From: Abditibacterium sp.
Lineage (GTDB): Bacteria > Armatimonadota > Abditibacteriia > Abditibacteriales > Abditibacteriaceae
Length of the DNA: 64,000 nucleotides
Direction: 5' to 3'
NCBI GenBank assembly: GCA_965246885.1
Contig: OZ251992.1
Coordinates: forward strand, 2,976,001 to 3,040,000
A program made the translations under genes and the position numbers. How positions within the stretch are numbered: position 1 is the first letter of the stretch; every line of letters starts with the position of its first letter. The notes beneath the pieces were generated by a model, which was given only the letters and a program-made list of their open reading frames with translations, did not search any database and had not been told where the DNA came from. Positions 18,799 to 28,789 of the stretch are shown one piece after another.

Positions 18799-19680
18799 CT
18801 ATACATGAAAGCGGGCGCATAGCCACAACCGCGCCCGCGCTTGCCAACGCCGTCGCCGCGATGCCGCGTCGGAAGATGGGGCCAAAAAAGCGTCGAAATA
18901 GTCCCGCATATATTTTTTACGGCGCAGCAGAAAATGGAGTAGCGCCACGTCCGTTTTGGGCCGCAACGCCGTCTTGATGTTGGGATACGAGTCGTAGTAG
19001 CAGTTGTAGCGCGCGCACGGCAGCAAGGCCACCGCAACGCCCCCGACATCCCACATAACTGGCGGCGGGTTCATGCCGTGCCCCTTGACGTGCGCCAGCA
19101 CTCGCTCGCGTCCCACCCACTCGTTCAGGGCGTTTTGATCCCCCCACCAGAGCGCGTCGGCACCATGATGGTTCTCGTACACGCGAATTACCTCCGTCCA
19201 AAACAGCGCGGCCTCGCCCGCCCGCCCCGCTCCCACAAACATCGCCCCGCCGTTGATGGGCATCCCATGCTTGTCATCCAAAAGTGTTAGCCCGACATCG
19301 AACGGCAGTGCCCACAACTCTTCCAAAGAAGCGTGCAGCAGAATATCACCATCCAAGAACACAAGTGGCGCTTCGCGCTCCTCGCTTTGCGCATGGCGCA
19401 GCAAGTAGTCGCGCTGCGCTTTCATGCGCGACAGCATCATTTCCTCGCGCTTGACCGGGCCGCGCACGATGCGCACGTCCCCTTGAAAGGCGAAAGCCGT
19501 CGTTTCATCGGACAGCACAACGGCCTTGGCCTGCGCGTGAAACAGCCGCGCCGACGCGAACATCAACTGGATCAATGCACTGGGGTCGTACTGGCGCCAG
19601 CGCCGAAACTGCTTGCCCCGCTCATCGGCCAGACCCACCGGGGAATCACAGTGAAAGGTCACAAAGTGCATCTGCTTCAT
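18799..19680 (-). CDS. GT-A-fold nucleotide-sugar transferase-like protein
   Basis: VFLDGDI, INGGAMF, WGDQNALN, LPCARYN and LLHF motifs. Confidence 0.7.
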   Translation of the reverse strand: MKQMHFVTFHCDSPVGLADERGKQFRRWRQYDPSALIQLMFASARLFHAQAKAVVLSDETTAFAFQGDVRIVRGPVKREEMMLSRMKAQRDYLLRHAQSEEREAPLVFLDGDILLHASLEELWALPFDVGLTLLDDKHGMPINGGAMFVGAGRAGEAALFWTEVIRVYENHHGADALWWGDQNALNEWVGRERVLAHVKGHGMNPPPVMWDVGGVAVALLPCARYNCYYDSYPNIKTALRPKTDVALLHFLLRRKKYMRDYFDAFLAPSSDAASRRRRWQARARLWLCARFHV

Positions 19681-19801
19681 TTATTTTACTTGGCCACCAT
19701 CCCATCTCCCGGCTCCTTCGCCCCTCTTCATCCCCCTATCTTCTGGCACAGGCTTCAAACTCCCTTTATTACTCGCGCTTCCGATAGGCTCACGGCTTTC
19801 T

Positions 19802-20695
19802 ATGAACACCCTCCGCGCGCGCTCTGGCGCCAAAATCAACCTATCGCTTGACATCCTTGACCGCTTGGCCAATGGCTACCACACCTTGCGCTCCGTCGTG
19901 CATCCGGTCGGTTTATGGGACGAGTTGGAGCTTGAGTTTTGCCCCGACGCGGGCATCGTCTTTGAGTGCAGCGACGCGGCCCTTGCAGGCGAGGACAACC
20001 TGTGCGTGCGCGCCTTCAAACTCTGGCGCGACGCGAGCGGATACACAGGCGGCGCGACCATCCGACTTCATAAGCGCATCCCTCACGGCGCCGGGTTGGG
20101 CGGTGGATCGGGCAACGCCGCCGCCACTCTCAGGCTCGCCAACGCGCACGGCGCCGCGCCTTTGGGCGAAGCGCAGTTGTTCGCGCTGGCCGCGCGTTTG
20201 GGCGCCGATGTCCCGCTTTTCTTGCGTGACAGCCCGGCTTTGATGGAAGGCATCGGCGAACAACTCAGCGACTTGGCGCCCCTCGCGGGATGGGCCGTGC
20301 TTCTCAAGCCGCGCGAGGGTTTCGCCACGCCCGCCATTTACCGCGCGTGGGACGAAGCGGGTTTGCGCTCGAACAACGGCACGGACGCGCTACTTGACGC
20401 ATGGGGCATGGGCACCGTCGAAGCAGTTGCGCCGCTTGTGTCCAACGACTTGGAGCGCGCGGCCCGCCTCGTTTCGCCCCTGCCCGCGCGGTGCGTCGCG
20501 TTATTAAAGGGTGCGGGCGCGTTGGGGGCGGGGCTTTCCGGCTCCGGCTCGGCGTGTTTCGGGCTATGCGCGGACGAGGCGAGTGCCCGCGCGGTCGAAG
20601 AAAAAGTGATCGGCGAATTGGCGAAAGACGTGCTTTTGGAAGGTGCCACAACGCGGGCCGCTCCTTTGGTAGCGCGCGGGGTGGAGCCATTTTGA
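19802..20695 (+). CDS. ispE: 4-(CDP)-2-C-methyl-D-erythritol kinase
   Basis: AKINLSL, IPHGAGLGGGSGNAA, LGADVP and LSGSGS motifs. Confidence 0.95.
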   Translation: MNTLRARSGAKINLSLDILDRLANGYHTLRSVVHPVGLWDELELEFCPDAGIVFECSDAALAGEDNLCVRAFKLWRDASGYTGGATIRLHKRIPHGAGLGGGSGNAAATLRLANAHGAAPLGEAQLFALAARLGADVPLFLRDSPALMEGIGEQLSDLAPLAGWAVLLKPREGFATPAIYRAWDEAGLRSNNGTDALLDAWGMGTVEAVAPLVSNDLERAARLVSPLPARCVALLKGAGALGAGLSGSGSACFGLCADEASARAVEEKVIGELAKDVLLEGATTRAAPLVARGVEPF

Positions 20696-20707
20696 GACGT
20701 TCCAGAA

Positions 20708-21121
20708 ATGCCTTTTCCTGATTCCAAAGCCGTCGTCTTCGATTCCACCGCCGTGCTCATGGCGTTCGTGTCCTTTTCCTTGTCGGTAGGCGCCGCAGCA
20801 ATGGCCATCCGACTGTATGCCATTCTGCGCACCGGGAAAATGGGCGCTTCTTGGCGCGTGCTCATTATCGCGTCGGTGCTGTTCGCACTGTTGCAAACCG
20901 TGCGTTTGGTCGAGGCCGCCTTCGTGCAAGCCCGCGCGTTCCACTTCTCGTCGGTGGTAGAGGTCATCTTTATCCTCGCGCTCACCTACGCTTTTTACTT
21001 GCAAAAGCAAGTTTTTGACGAGAACCACTCCCACCGTCCCTCCGTCCGCCAGCGCGAGGTCGCCGATGACGAAGGCATTCTCGAACCCGCCGCCATCGCC
21101 ACCTACGAACGCTACTCTTAA
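20708..21121 (+). CDS. Small membrane hypothetical protein
   Basis: About three hydrophobic segments; follows ispE by 12 bp. Confidence 0.7.
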   Translation: MPFPDSKAVVFDSTAVLMAFVSFSLSVGAAAMAIRLYAILRTGKMGASWRVLIIASVLFALLQTVRLVEAAFVQARAFHFSSVVEVIFILALTYAFYLQKQVFDENHSHRPSVRQREVADDEGILEPAAIATYERYS

Positions 21122-21123
21122 CT

Positions 21124-21224
21124 GCCGACAGACGTCTGTCGGCGATTCCCACACGTCTGTCGGCGAGTGACGCACGTCTGTCGGCGAGTGACGCACGTCT
21201 GTCGGCGAGTGACGCACGTCTGTC
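21124..21224. repeat. 21-bp tandem repeat (about 4.5 units) with a leading 20-bp palindrome
   Basis: ACGTCTGTCGGCGAGTGACGC three times perfect; palindrome GCCGACAGACGTCTGTCGGC at 21124-21143. Confidence 0.9.
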
Positions 21225-21333
21225 ACTGCGTCACTGGCGTCTCTGGTCGGCCAGTTACTTCTGGGATTCTTTCGCCGACACCTCGCAACGCGTCGCGGAC
21301 GTCGGCATTTCATTGGCAGAGGAAGGACAACCG

Positions 21334-21855
21334 ATGAAACCACTCTTTCGCGCCGTTTTGTGCGCCGTTGCCCTTTCGACCGTCGCCACTACGAGCCACG
21401 CCAAACCCAAAAAAATGGCCGGGATGTTCTCCGACGCCGACCGCAAGTATCTTGTTGACAACGCGCAGGGCAGCATCTACGACTTCTCGCTCGCGCAACT
21501 GGCCGCCGGACGCGCGTCCTCGCCCGCGCTTCATCGCTACGGCTTGGAACTCATCGCCGACCATGCCCGCCTCAACGCCCGCCTGCTGACTTTGGGCCGC
21601 GCCAAGGGCGTCGAACTGCCCGTTCTCCTTTCCGATGAAGACAAAGCGAAGATCGAGGGATTGCAAAGCAAGACGGGCAAGGATTTGGACAAAGCCCTCA
21701 TCCAACAGTTTGTGGAAATCAACGCCAAAGATGTGGAAGACGCGCGCAAAGAAGTCAGCACCAGCCGCGACCCCGCCACCAACCGCACTGTTACCCAATT
21801 CATGCTCACCGAACAAAAGCACTTGGCTCAAGCCCGCAAATTGCAACACGGTTAA
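21334..21855 (+). CDS. DUF4142 secreted ferritin-like protein
   Basis: Signal peptide; D..YL..AQG, LAQLA, LIADH..LN..L and HL..AR.L pattern. Confidence 0.8.
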   Translation: MKPLFRAVLCAVALSTVATTSHAKPKKMAGMFSDADRKYLVDNAQGSIYDFSLAQLAAGRASSPALHRYGLELIADHARLNARLLTLGRAKGVELPVLLSDEDKAKIEGLQSKTGKDLDKALIQQFVEINAKDVEDARKEVSTSRDPATNRTVTQFMLTEQKHLAQARKLQHG

Positions 21856-21922
21856 TGTCTAGAGTGCTCCCGTAAGGGCGTTCCCCCCTCGCCCTCGCGA
21901 GCGCACTCCAAATTGTATCTTC

Positions 21923-22504
21923 ATGCTCCCCATTCAACACGCCGCCGTTTTAGCGGGCGGACGCTCGACGCGTATGGGGCGCGATAAAGCGCTTCTCCTT
22001 TTCGAGGGTGAGCCGCTCGTGCGCCGCGCGGTGCGCTCCTTGGAAGGCATTTTTAAAACGGTGCTCGTTGTTTCGAGCAGTCACGAAGTTTGGCGGAAGG
22101 CGGGGGCGGCGTGGATTTCCGACACATACAAGGAAAAAGGGCCGCTCGCGGGAATCGAGGCGGCCCTGTCGCATGTCGGGGAGCCGACGTTCTTTGTCCC
22201 GTGTGATGCGCCGTTTTTAAACGCCGATTTCATCCGTTTTCAGTGCGCCGCTTGGGAGGACGGTTTGGACGCCCTCGTCGCACAAAGTGAAAGCGGATTG
22301 GAGCCACTGCACGCGATATGGGCGCCAAGCGTTCTACCCATTATCGTTCGCGCGCTGCGAGAGGAACGCCCGCCGTCGTTGCGCCGCGTGTTGGCGGGGT
22401 TAAACACGCGCACTTTGGGCGTCGAGGATGCGCGTCGCTTTGACCCGGCGCTACGTTGCTTCGAGAATTGGAATGTGCCCGAAGATGTGGCGGCGAACCC
22501 CTAA
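21923..22504 (+). CDS. mobA: Molybdenum cofactor guanylyltransferase
   Basis: LAGGRSTRMGRDKA, GPLAGI, PCDAP, EPLHA and NWNVPED motifs. Confidence 0.9.
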   Translation: MLPIQHAAVLAGGRSTRMGRDKALLLFEGEPLVRRAVRSLEGIFKTVLVVSSSHEVWRKAGAAWISDTYKEKGPLAGIEAALSHVGEPTFFVPCDAPFLNADFIRFQCAAWEDGLDALVAQSESGLEPLHAIWAPSVLPIIVRALREERPPSLRRVLAGLNTRTLGVEDARRFDPALRCFENWNVPEDVAANP

Positions 22505-25380
22505 AATAGCGCCAGTGTGCCCGTCTCGTCGCGCACGACTTGCGACTGAATGGGCGCGCGTTCGGTCGGCGCTTCGGGTTCATTCCACTCGCCAAGTGTG
22601 ATGATGTTCACGGCACGCCCGTCCAAAACCGGCGCCGGGTGGCAAGTCACGAACACGATTTGCAGGGATTCGAGCGCATCCGAAAGCACGGCGCTTAGCC
22701 CTTGGCGGCGCCCGGAGTCAGACTGGGTGAAGGGGTCGTCCAGCACGACGCAACCGCGTTTGGACGGTAAGCGGTTCACGACCCGTTGGGCGAGAAGCAA
22801 GCGGAGCGCGAAGGCGACCTGCTCTTTCATGCCCTCGGAGTGCTGGGCAAAGGGGAGTTCGATGGTCGCGCCGTCGTGCTGCGTGCGAACACGCAGCAGT
22901 TTAGCGCCATCATCCGAGAAAACAAGGGCCGTCTCTTTGCCGCGTAGCTTGGACAGCCAAGGGCCGAGGCGGGCGTTAAGTGGCCCGCCCAAGTCGCGGC
23001 CTAACTGGGCGCGCAGCACTTCCATCGCCGCGCACACCAAGGCCAACCCCCGCAAGCGCGCTTCGTGCTCAGTCACAAGCGGCTCTAACCTCTCGATTTG
23101 CGCGTCCAATGCGTCCCGGCGCGTTTCGGGGTCTTGCTCGCACAAATGGAACAGGTCGCGCCGCCGTTCGGCGAGCTTGGTTTCCACGAGGCTCCGCTCT
23201 TCGGCCAAGCGCACGGCCTCACGGCGCGCGGCCTCGACCTTGAACTTGTCGAGGCTGTTGCCATAGCCGCCGCGCTGCGCGTTGGCATCACTGGCGCGCA
23301 TCTCGGCTTTGATGGCGCGCTCTTGGGCCTGACGCAAACGGGTGAGGCGCTCCTCGTCATCGGTGCCGTCGGCCCGTAGAACAAGCAACCGGGCGGCGCG
23401 GTCTTCAATGGTTTGGCGCAGTTGGCCGGGCCGGTTCGAGGCGGCGTTCCAGTTGGCTTCGAGAACACGCAGTTCGTGCGCGGCCTTGTCCCACGCATTG
23501 CGGGCGCGGGTGGCGAGGCTTTGGGCGTCACTTTCCAACTCTTCGGCTTCGCTCAGCTTCTCGCGGACTTGGGGGCGGCGCAGGCCGGAAAACTTGAGCG
23601 CGCCCTCGAAGCGGCGCGCTTCGTCGCGGCGGGCGTCGAACTCGGTGTGGGCATCGGCCAGCCGCTCCCGCGCGCGGGTGAGTTGACCCGCTTTGGCTTC
23701 CTCGTCCTCCAAGCGGCGGCGCGCTTCGGACAAGATGCGCCGCGCCCGTTCCCGTTCGGCGCGCGCTTCGTCCAAGTCGTCCAAGCGCGTGGGCGTTTCG
23801 TCCAGCGCGACGTTCCAGCGCAACAGCCTCGCCCCCAAGTCGGCGCGCTTTTCCTCCAATTCGGCGCTCAACTCCTCGACGCCGCGCGCGCCGGACTTGA
23901 TGCGAAGCCTCCCGACGCCCTCGATGTCAAGGGCGCCTTGTGCGCGGGCGTTTAGAAGTTGCCGCTCGCCCTCGGCCATGCGCAAGGACTGGGCGGTGTC
24001 GTTGTCTTTGTCGGCCTTGAAACTAACGCGCAAAGTGGCGTGGGCTTCGAGGGCGATTTGCAAGCCCCGGTTGGCTTCGCGCTCCAAGGCTTCCAAGGTC
24101 TCGAAGTCACGTCGTAGGGCGCGCAGTTCGGCTTCATCGGGCGCGGGCGGGGCACCATCTAACTCCGCTTGGGCGGCTGCGACCTCTTCGCCCAAAGATT
24201 CGAGCAGCGCCACACTTGCGTTTTCGGCCTTTAAATGGCGGTCGGACTCGAAGACTTCCCACACGGCCCGCCAGCGCGCGAGGGTTTCGCGCGCGGTGCG
24301 GGCGCCGGTTTCGGCGTGGTCGCGGGCGGCGGTTCCCGCCTCGCACGCGGCGCGCGCGGCCCCGATGTCGGCGTCCAAGGTCGCCAAGGAGTCGGAGAGA
24401 GAATCGAGTTCGGCCTGCGCCGCGCCGCGCTCCGTTTCCAACTGCCCGATCTCTTTCACCCGGCGCGCGAGGTCGTCGCGCGCGGCAACGGCTTCGCGGC
24501 GCTCCAGTTCGGCATCGGCGAGTGTTTTGTCGGCCTCGTACTGTGCGTTCAAGCGGTCGCCGAGTGAGTCTTGGCGCGCGGCGGCTTCGTCACCGGCGGC
24601 TTTGAGGGCGTCGCTTTGGCCGCGCAACTCCTCCAATTCGGCGCGGATGACCTCGATCTCGCCGCTCATCGCCTCGAAGCGGGCGCGCTCGGCAACGGCA
24701 GACTTCCACTCGTCGCGCGCGCGGGCGGCGTCGGTTCCGGCTTTGGCGCCGTCGAGGGCGCGGGGCGCAAGCTCCAGCATCAGGTCGCGCTTGCGCTCGC
24801 GTTCGAGGAGTTGCCGCACCCGTTCGAGGCGGTTGGTGAGGGCCAAGTCGCCCTCGTCGCCCATGCCGAGCGTCGAGCGCATGGCCGCGCCGCCGTCGAG
24901 CACGAACTCGACGCCCTCGCCTTGGTGCGCGACCAAGAGGGCGCTTTCGGGGGTCACGCCGCGCGCCGCGCCCAAGCCGTCCGCCGCGAACAAGTCGCGC
25001 AGCTTGGCCTGCGCTTCGGTGCGCTCGAACCACTCGTCCGGTTGCCCCGGCACGCGCACGCACAAGCGGCACTCGCGCTTACCGGCGTCCTCACAGACGA
25101 CTTTGGAAACGGTCGCGGAACAGTTGGCGAACTCGATTTCGGCTTCGACGCGCGGCTTGGCGGCGGGGTCGGTCGCGGGGATGATGCACTTGATCTCGTC
25201 GGTCTTGAGGCGCCCCGCGCCGCCAGTAACGTCGCGGAACAGCGCCCAGTCGAGCGCCTCGACAAGGGACGATTTGCCCGCCTCGTTGCGCCCGACGACG
25301 ACGTTGAGGCCATCGGCGAAGCGCAAATCGAGCGCGGCATGAGCGCGCCAGTGGGAAAGGGAGAGGCGGCGGAGAATCAT
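22501..25380 (-). CDS. SMC/Rad50-like (SbcC/YhaN-type) ATPase
   Basis: Walker A GRNEAGKSS, long coiled coil, signature-like HSEGMKEQ, Walker B VVLDDPF and H-loop VTCH. Confidence 0.88.
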   Translation of the reverse strand: MILRRLSLSHWRAHAALDLRFADGLNVVVGRNEAGKSSLVEALDWALFRDVTGGAGRLKTDEIKCIIPATDPAAKPRVEAEIEFANCSATVSKVVCEDAGKRECRLCVRVPGQPDEWFERTEAQAKLRDLFAADGLGAARGVTPESALLVAHQGEGVEFVLDGGAAMRSTLGMGDEGDLALTNRLERVRQLLERERKRDLMLELAPRALDGAKAGTDAARARDEWKSAVAERARFEAMSGEIEVIRAELEELRGQSDALKAAGDEAAARQDSLGDRLNAQYEADKTLADAELERREAVAARDDLARRVKEIGQLETERGAAQAELDSLSDSLATLDADIGAARAACEAGTAARDHAETGARTARETLARWRAVWEVFESDRHLKAENASVALLESLGEEVAAAQAELDGAPPAPDEAELRALRRDFETLEALEREANRGLQIALEAHATLRVSFKADKDNDTAQSLRMAEGERQLLNARAQGALDIEGVGRLRIKSGARGVEELSAELEEKRADLGARLLRWNVALDETPTRLDDLDEARAERERARRILSEARRRLEDEEAKAGQLTRARERLADAHTEFDARRDEARRFEGALKFSGLRRPQVREKLSEAEELESDAQSLATRARNAWDKAAHELRVLEANWNAASNRPGQLRQTIEDRAARLLVLRADGTDDEERLTRLRQAQERAIKAEMRASDANAQRGGYGNSLDKFKVEAARREAVRLAEERSLVETKLAERRRDLFHLCEQDPETRRDALDAQIERLEPLVTEHEARLRGLALVCAAMEVLRAQLGRDLGGPLNARLGPWLSKLRGKETALVFSDDGAKLLRVRTQHDGATIELPFAQHSEGMKEQVAFALRLLLAQRVVNRLPSKRGCVVLDDPFTQSDSGRRQGLSAVLSDALESLQIVFVTCHPAPVLDGRAVNIITLGEWNEPEAPTERAPIQSQVVRDETGTLALF

Positions 25381-25494
25381 CGGGCGAGAGAAGTTTGACG
25401 CGGTCGGCGCGCGCCCATCCGATGCGAGCGCGTTATCGCCCTTGGTCGCCCACTGGCCACGAAACGCTGCTTCATAATCTACACTGCGCGCGTC

Positions 25495-26259
25495 ATGAGC
25501 CGCACTTTCGCTCTTTTGCCTGCCGCCGGACGCATCGCACCGCCGTTTTCTCACGAGGCGGGAACAACCGTTAAAGCGCTCATCGAAGTGGGCGGGCAAA
25601 CGTTGCTCGAACGCGCAGTGCGAGCGCTACGCGAAGGCGGCGCCGTCGCGTCCATCGTGGTCATTGGCGGCGACGAAGTGGGCGAGCACGCGGCGACGCG
25701 CCTCGCGGACAGCTTTGTTTCTGCAAGTGAGCAAGCGTCCGGCCCGGACAACATTTTTCGCGGGTTGGAGCAACTACCGTTTCAACCCGGCGACCGCGCC
25801 CTGATTGTCACGACCGACTTGCCCTTCATTTCCGCGCCCAGCGTGCGCGATTTTGTGGCGGCGTGTCCCGTTGACAAGCAAATCAGCATTTCGGTGTGCG
25901 CGCGCACGGCCTTTGAAGCGCGCTTTCCCGATTGCGGTGGGCAGTGGGTGCGCTTGCGCGATGGCGAACTCACAACGGGCGGTGTGTTCCTGCTGGACAT
26001 TCAGTCGCTCCTTAGCGGAAGGGCACACATCGAGAAGCTGTTTCAAACGCGCAAAAGTCAATGGCAGATGGCGCGGTTGCTCGGCCCGATGGTCATCGCG
26101 CGTTGGGCGACGAAGCGACTGGGAACGGTTCATATCCTCGAACGCTGCGAGGAGATTTTGGGCTGTTCGGGCGCGGCGGTTGAAAGCGCGCCCGAACTGG
26201 CGTTTGATGTGGACAACCTTGATGAGTTCCGCTACGCGCGGCGGATGCTGGACTCATGA
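25495..26259 (+). CDS. MobA-like nucleotidyltransferase family protein
   Basis: AAG..KALIEVGG, TTDLPFI and FDVD motifs. Confidence 0.82.
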   Translation: MSRTFALLPAAGRIAPPFSHEAGTTVKALIEVGGQTLLERAVRALREGGAVASIVVIGGDEVGEHAATRLADSFVSASEQASGPDNIFRGLEQLPFQPGDRALIVTTDLPFISAPSVRDFVAACPVDKQISISVCARTAFEARFPDCGGQWVRLRDGELTTGGVFLLDIQSLLSGRAHIEKLFQTRKSQWQMARLLGPMVIARWATKRLGTVHILERCEEILGCSGAAVESAPELAFDVDNLDEFRYARRMLDS

Positions 26260-27587
26260 TCCCTCTCGCTCCCAACGCTTCCACCCACCCCGTATCGGCG
26301 CGCGATTATTTGGGCGTGTCACTGTTTTGGCTGGCGCTGTCGTTTTTCTGGGGGGCGCTGCTCACCATCGCCCTGCCCGCGCACGTCGCGGCGCTATTCC
26401 CCAAAAACAAGGACGCGGCGCTGTCCCTTCTCACGGCGTCGGGCGCGGCGGTGGCGGCGGTTTCGCAAATCGTCTTCGGCGCCCTGTCGGACGGCTCGCG
26501 CTCGCGGTGGGGACGGCGGCGCCCCTTTCTGCTGTGGGGCACGCTCTTGGCAATTCCACCCCTGCTTTGGTTGGGGCAAGCCCATTCGCTCGCGGCGCTT
26601 CTGGTGGCGTATGCGGCGTTGCAACTGTTTATCAACGTCGCGGGCGGGCCGTATACGGCCCTCATGCACGATGTCATCCCGCCCGAAAAGCACAACGCCG
26701 CGAGCACGTGGATTGGAGTATCGGGCTTAATCGGGCGCATCGGCGGGCCGTTCGTCGCATCAATTCTGCTGGGGCAAAAGGCGGGCAACTCGTTCGCCCT
26801 GCTCTTGGAAGTCTTCGCCGCCGTGCTTCTGGTGGTGATGCTCCTGACACTCCTGCTGGCGCACGAGGAGCCGCTCTCCGCCCTGCCAAATGCAACAACG
26901 GATTATGCCCCGCCGCCCATCGCCCTTCCCGTCGGCGAGGGAACTCCACCACCCGCCGCGCCCGCCCAGCGCATCCGCGACACATTTCGCGTTCCTCTGC
27001 GGCCTTATCCGTCGTTCGTGTGGCTGATTGTGTCGCGCTTCGGGATAATGATGGGGATTTACACGGTGTCGAACTTCCTGCTCTATTACATCCGCGATAC
27101 GCTGGGCTTCAGCGACGCGGCCTCGCTGGGGGTGCTGCGGAATTTCCTGATCCTGTCCACGCTGACCGGCATCGTCGGCACCATTCCGTCGGGGATGCTG
27201 GCGCAAAAGTATGGGCGCAAACCGGTGCTGTATGGCGCGAACCTGATTTGCATGGCGGCGGGTTTGGCGTTCGCGCTCGCGCACAACATCACGTTCGCAT
27301 ATGTGGCGGCGGGCATCTTCGGCGCGGGGTTTGGCGCGTTTTCGGCGGTAGATTGGGCCTTGGCGACGGGCCTCCTACCGCCAACGGAACCGGCGAAATA
27401 CATGGGCGTGTGGGGGCTGTCGGATACCGTTTCGCAAGTCTTGGCGCCCGTTGCGGCGGGGCCGCTCGCGTTTTTCGTCAACCACGCACTGGGCGGGGGC
27501 GCCGGATACCGCGCGCTGATGCTGCTCGCGCTCGTGTGGTTTCTGGTGGGAACCGTAGCGCTGCGCCCAATCGAAGAGAAGCACTAA
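26256..27587 (+). CDS. MFS transporter
   Basis: About 12 TMs; GALSDGSRSRWGRRRPF and GMLAQKYGRK. Confidence 0.92.
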   Translation: MIPLAPNASTHPVSARDYLGVSLFWLALSFFWGALLTIALPAHVAALFPKNKDAALSLLTASGAAVAAVSQIVFGALSDGSRSRWGRRRPFLLWGTLLAIPPLLWLGQAHSLAALLVAYAALQLFINVAGGPYTALMHDVIPPEKHNAASTWIGVSGLIGRIGGPFVASILLGQKAGNSFALLLEVFAAVLLVVMLLTLLLAHEEPLSALPNATTDYAPPPIALPVGEGTPPPAAPAQRIRDTFRVPLRPYPSFVWLIVSRFGIMMGIYTVSNFLLYYIRDTLGFSDAASLGVLRNFLILSTLTGIVGTIPSGMLAQKYGRKPVLYGANLICMAAGLAFALAHNITFAYVAAGIFGAGFGAFSAVDWALATGLLPPTEPAKYMGVWGLSDTVSQVLAPVAAGPLAFFVNHALGGGAGYRALMLLALVWFLVGTVALRPIEEKH

Positions 27588-28756
27588 CCACCCAAAACGC
27601 GGAAGTAAAGCGCGAGGGCTTCGGCGCGGGCGCTCTCGTCGCCGCTCCAGTCGTGAAGGCGCGGGGCGTCGGCGCGGCCCGCAAGCGCGGCCATATCGAG
27701 CGGGGCGCCGAGCAGGTCGAGGACGGCGGTTTCGAGTGGCTCCAATTTGAGCGGCTCGAAGTCGGACTTAGTGGGCAAGACACGCAGACGGCTCACGTCC
27801 ACATCGGCGCCCAACCAACCCTCGCGCAAGGTGGCGGCGAACTCTCCGGCGGCTTTTTGCAGGGCGGGCGTGACGGCGCCTTCCAAGCGCAGCTTGAGGA
27901 TGCACGTGTCGGGGTCGGGGATGGCGGCAAGTTCGGCGCGCGCGCGGTCGAGGTCGTCGCCGCTTTGCAAGCGGATGGTGCCCGCGTCGTGAAGCGCGAT
28001 TTTGCCGACTTTGTGCGGCGTAACGGTGGGCGCGTCGCCGGGGTTGTCGAGGCTAACAAGTAAGGCGTGTCCAGCGCGCATCGAATCGCGCGAGGTCAGT
28101 TCCGGCGTGCCCGCGTAAAAGGAGCGCGCTTTGGCCGCCGCGTGGTCGGCGGGCGTGAAGCCGTGATAATCGCCCAAAGCGAGGTAGTCCAACCCCGCGC
28201 GTCCGGCGCAGTCGCTGGAGATGCAGTTGAGTTCGCCTTCGTCTCCGCCAAAGTAGCCGCGCCAACCGCCGTGCGCGAGGCCGATGCGAAAGCGCTCGCC
28301 GCGTTGCCCGACAGGAATCCACTGCGTCGCGTCGGCGCGGGCGTACTTCTTGGTGACGGGACAAGGAAAGAGCAAGCAGTCGCTCTCGGCCTCGACGGGA
28401 GCGGCCTTAAGAGTGGGGTGAACGTGCGGCAGTTTGCGCAGTTCATCGGCAAAGCCGGGGTGGAACCACACGCTGCCTTCGGCGGCGGGGTCGTGGTTGC
28501 CGGATATGAGATAGACGGGCGCGGGCGCGTCGGCGAGCAGTTCGATGGCTTGGCGGCGGACGGACTCGGAGGGCGTGTCGGTGTCGAAAACATCGCCCGC
28601 AACAACGATAAAGGCGGCTTTTTCGCTTGCGGCGAGTTCCCAGATGCGGCGCACCGCGTCGAAGCGCCACTGCGCGGACTGCGTGGCGTTGCGCCCGATG
28701 CGCCAAAAGGTGTGGCCCAAGTGCCAATCGGCGGTGTGAACGAAAGAAAGCGGCAT
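27584..28756 (-). CDS. Mre11/SbcD/YhaO-type metallophosphoesterase nuclease
   Basis: HTADWHLG, AGDVFD, GNHD, AHG, LGDYH and YAGTPE motifs. Confidence 0.9.
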   Translation of the reverse strand: MPLSFVHTADWHLGHTFWRIGRNATQSAQWRFDAVRRIWELAASEKAAFIVVAGDVFDTDTPSESVRRQAIELLADAPAPVYLISGNHDPAAEGSVWFHPGFADELRKLPHVHPTLKAAPVEAESDCLLFPCPVTKKYARADATQWIPVGQRGERFRIGLAHGGWRGYFGGDEGELNCISSDCAGRAGLDYLALGDYHGFTPADHAAAKARSFYAGTPELTSRDSMRAGHALLVSLDNPGDAPTVTPHKVGKIALHDAGTIRLQSGDDLDRARAELAAIPDPDTCILKLRLEGAVTPALQKAAGEFAATLREGWLGADVDVSRLRVLPTKSDFEPLKLEPLETAVLDLLGAPLDMAALAGRADAPRLHDWSGDESARAEALALYFRVLGG

Positions 28757-28789
28757 TGCGGAGTGCGAAGAGTAGCTCTCAGTGTGCCC

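Noticed and set aside
21124..21224. Possible CRISPR array
   Set aside because: The units are head-to-tail 21-mers with no unique spacers, and no cas genes are present.
21862..21908. Hairpin upstream of mobA as a Moco riboswitch
   Set aside because: It is a single imperfect stem, far too short; more likely a terminator or REP remnant.
25805..28063. 752-aa ORF and other long overlapping or antisense ORFs (e.g. 23693-25342, 141-1253, 58735-60144)
   Set aside because: These are shadow frames of well-supported genes in high-GC DNA, Arg/Ala/Ser-rich and without motifs.
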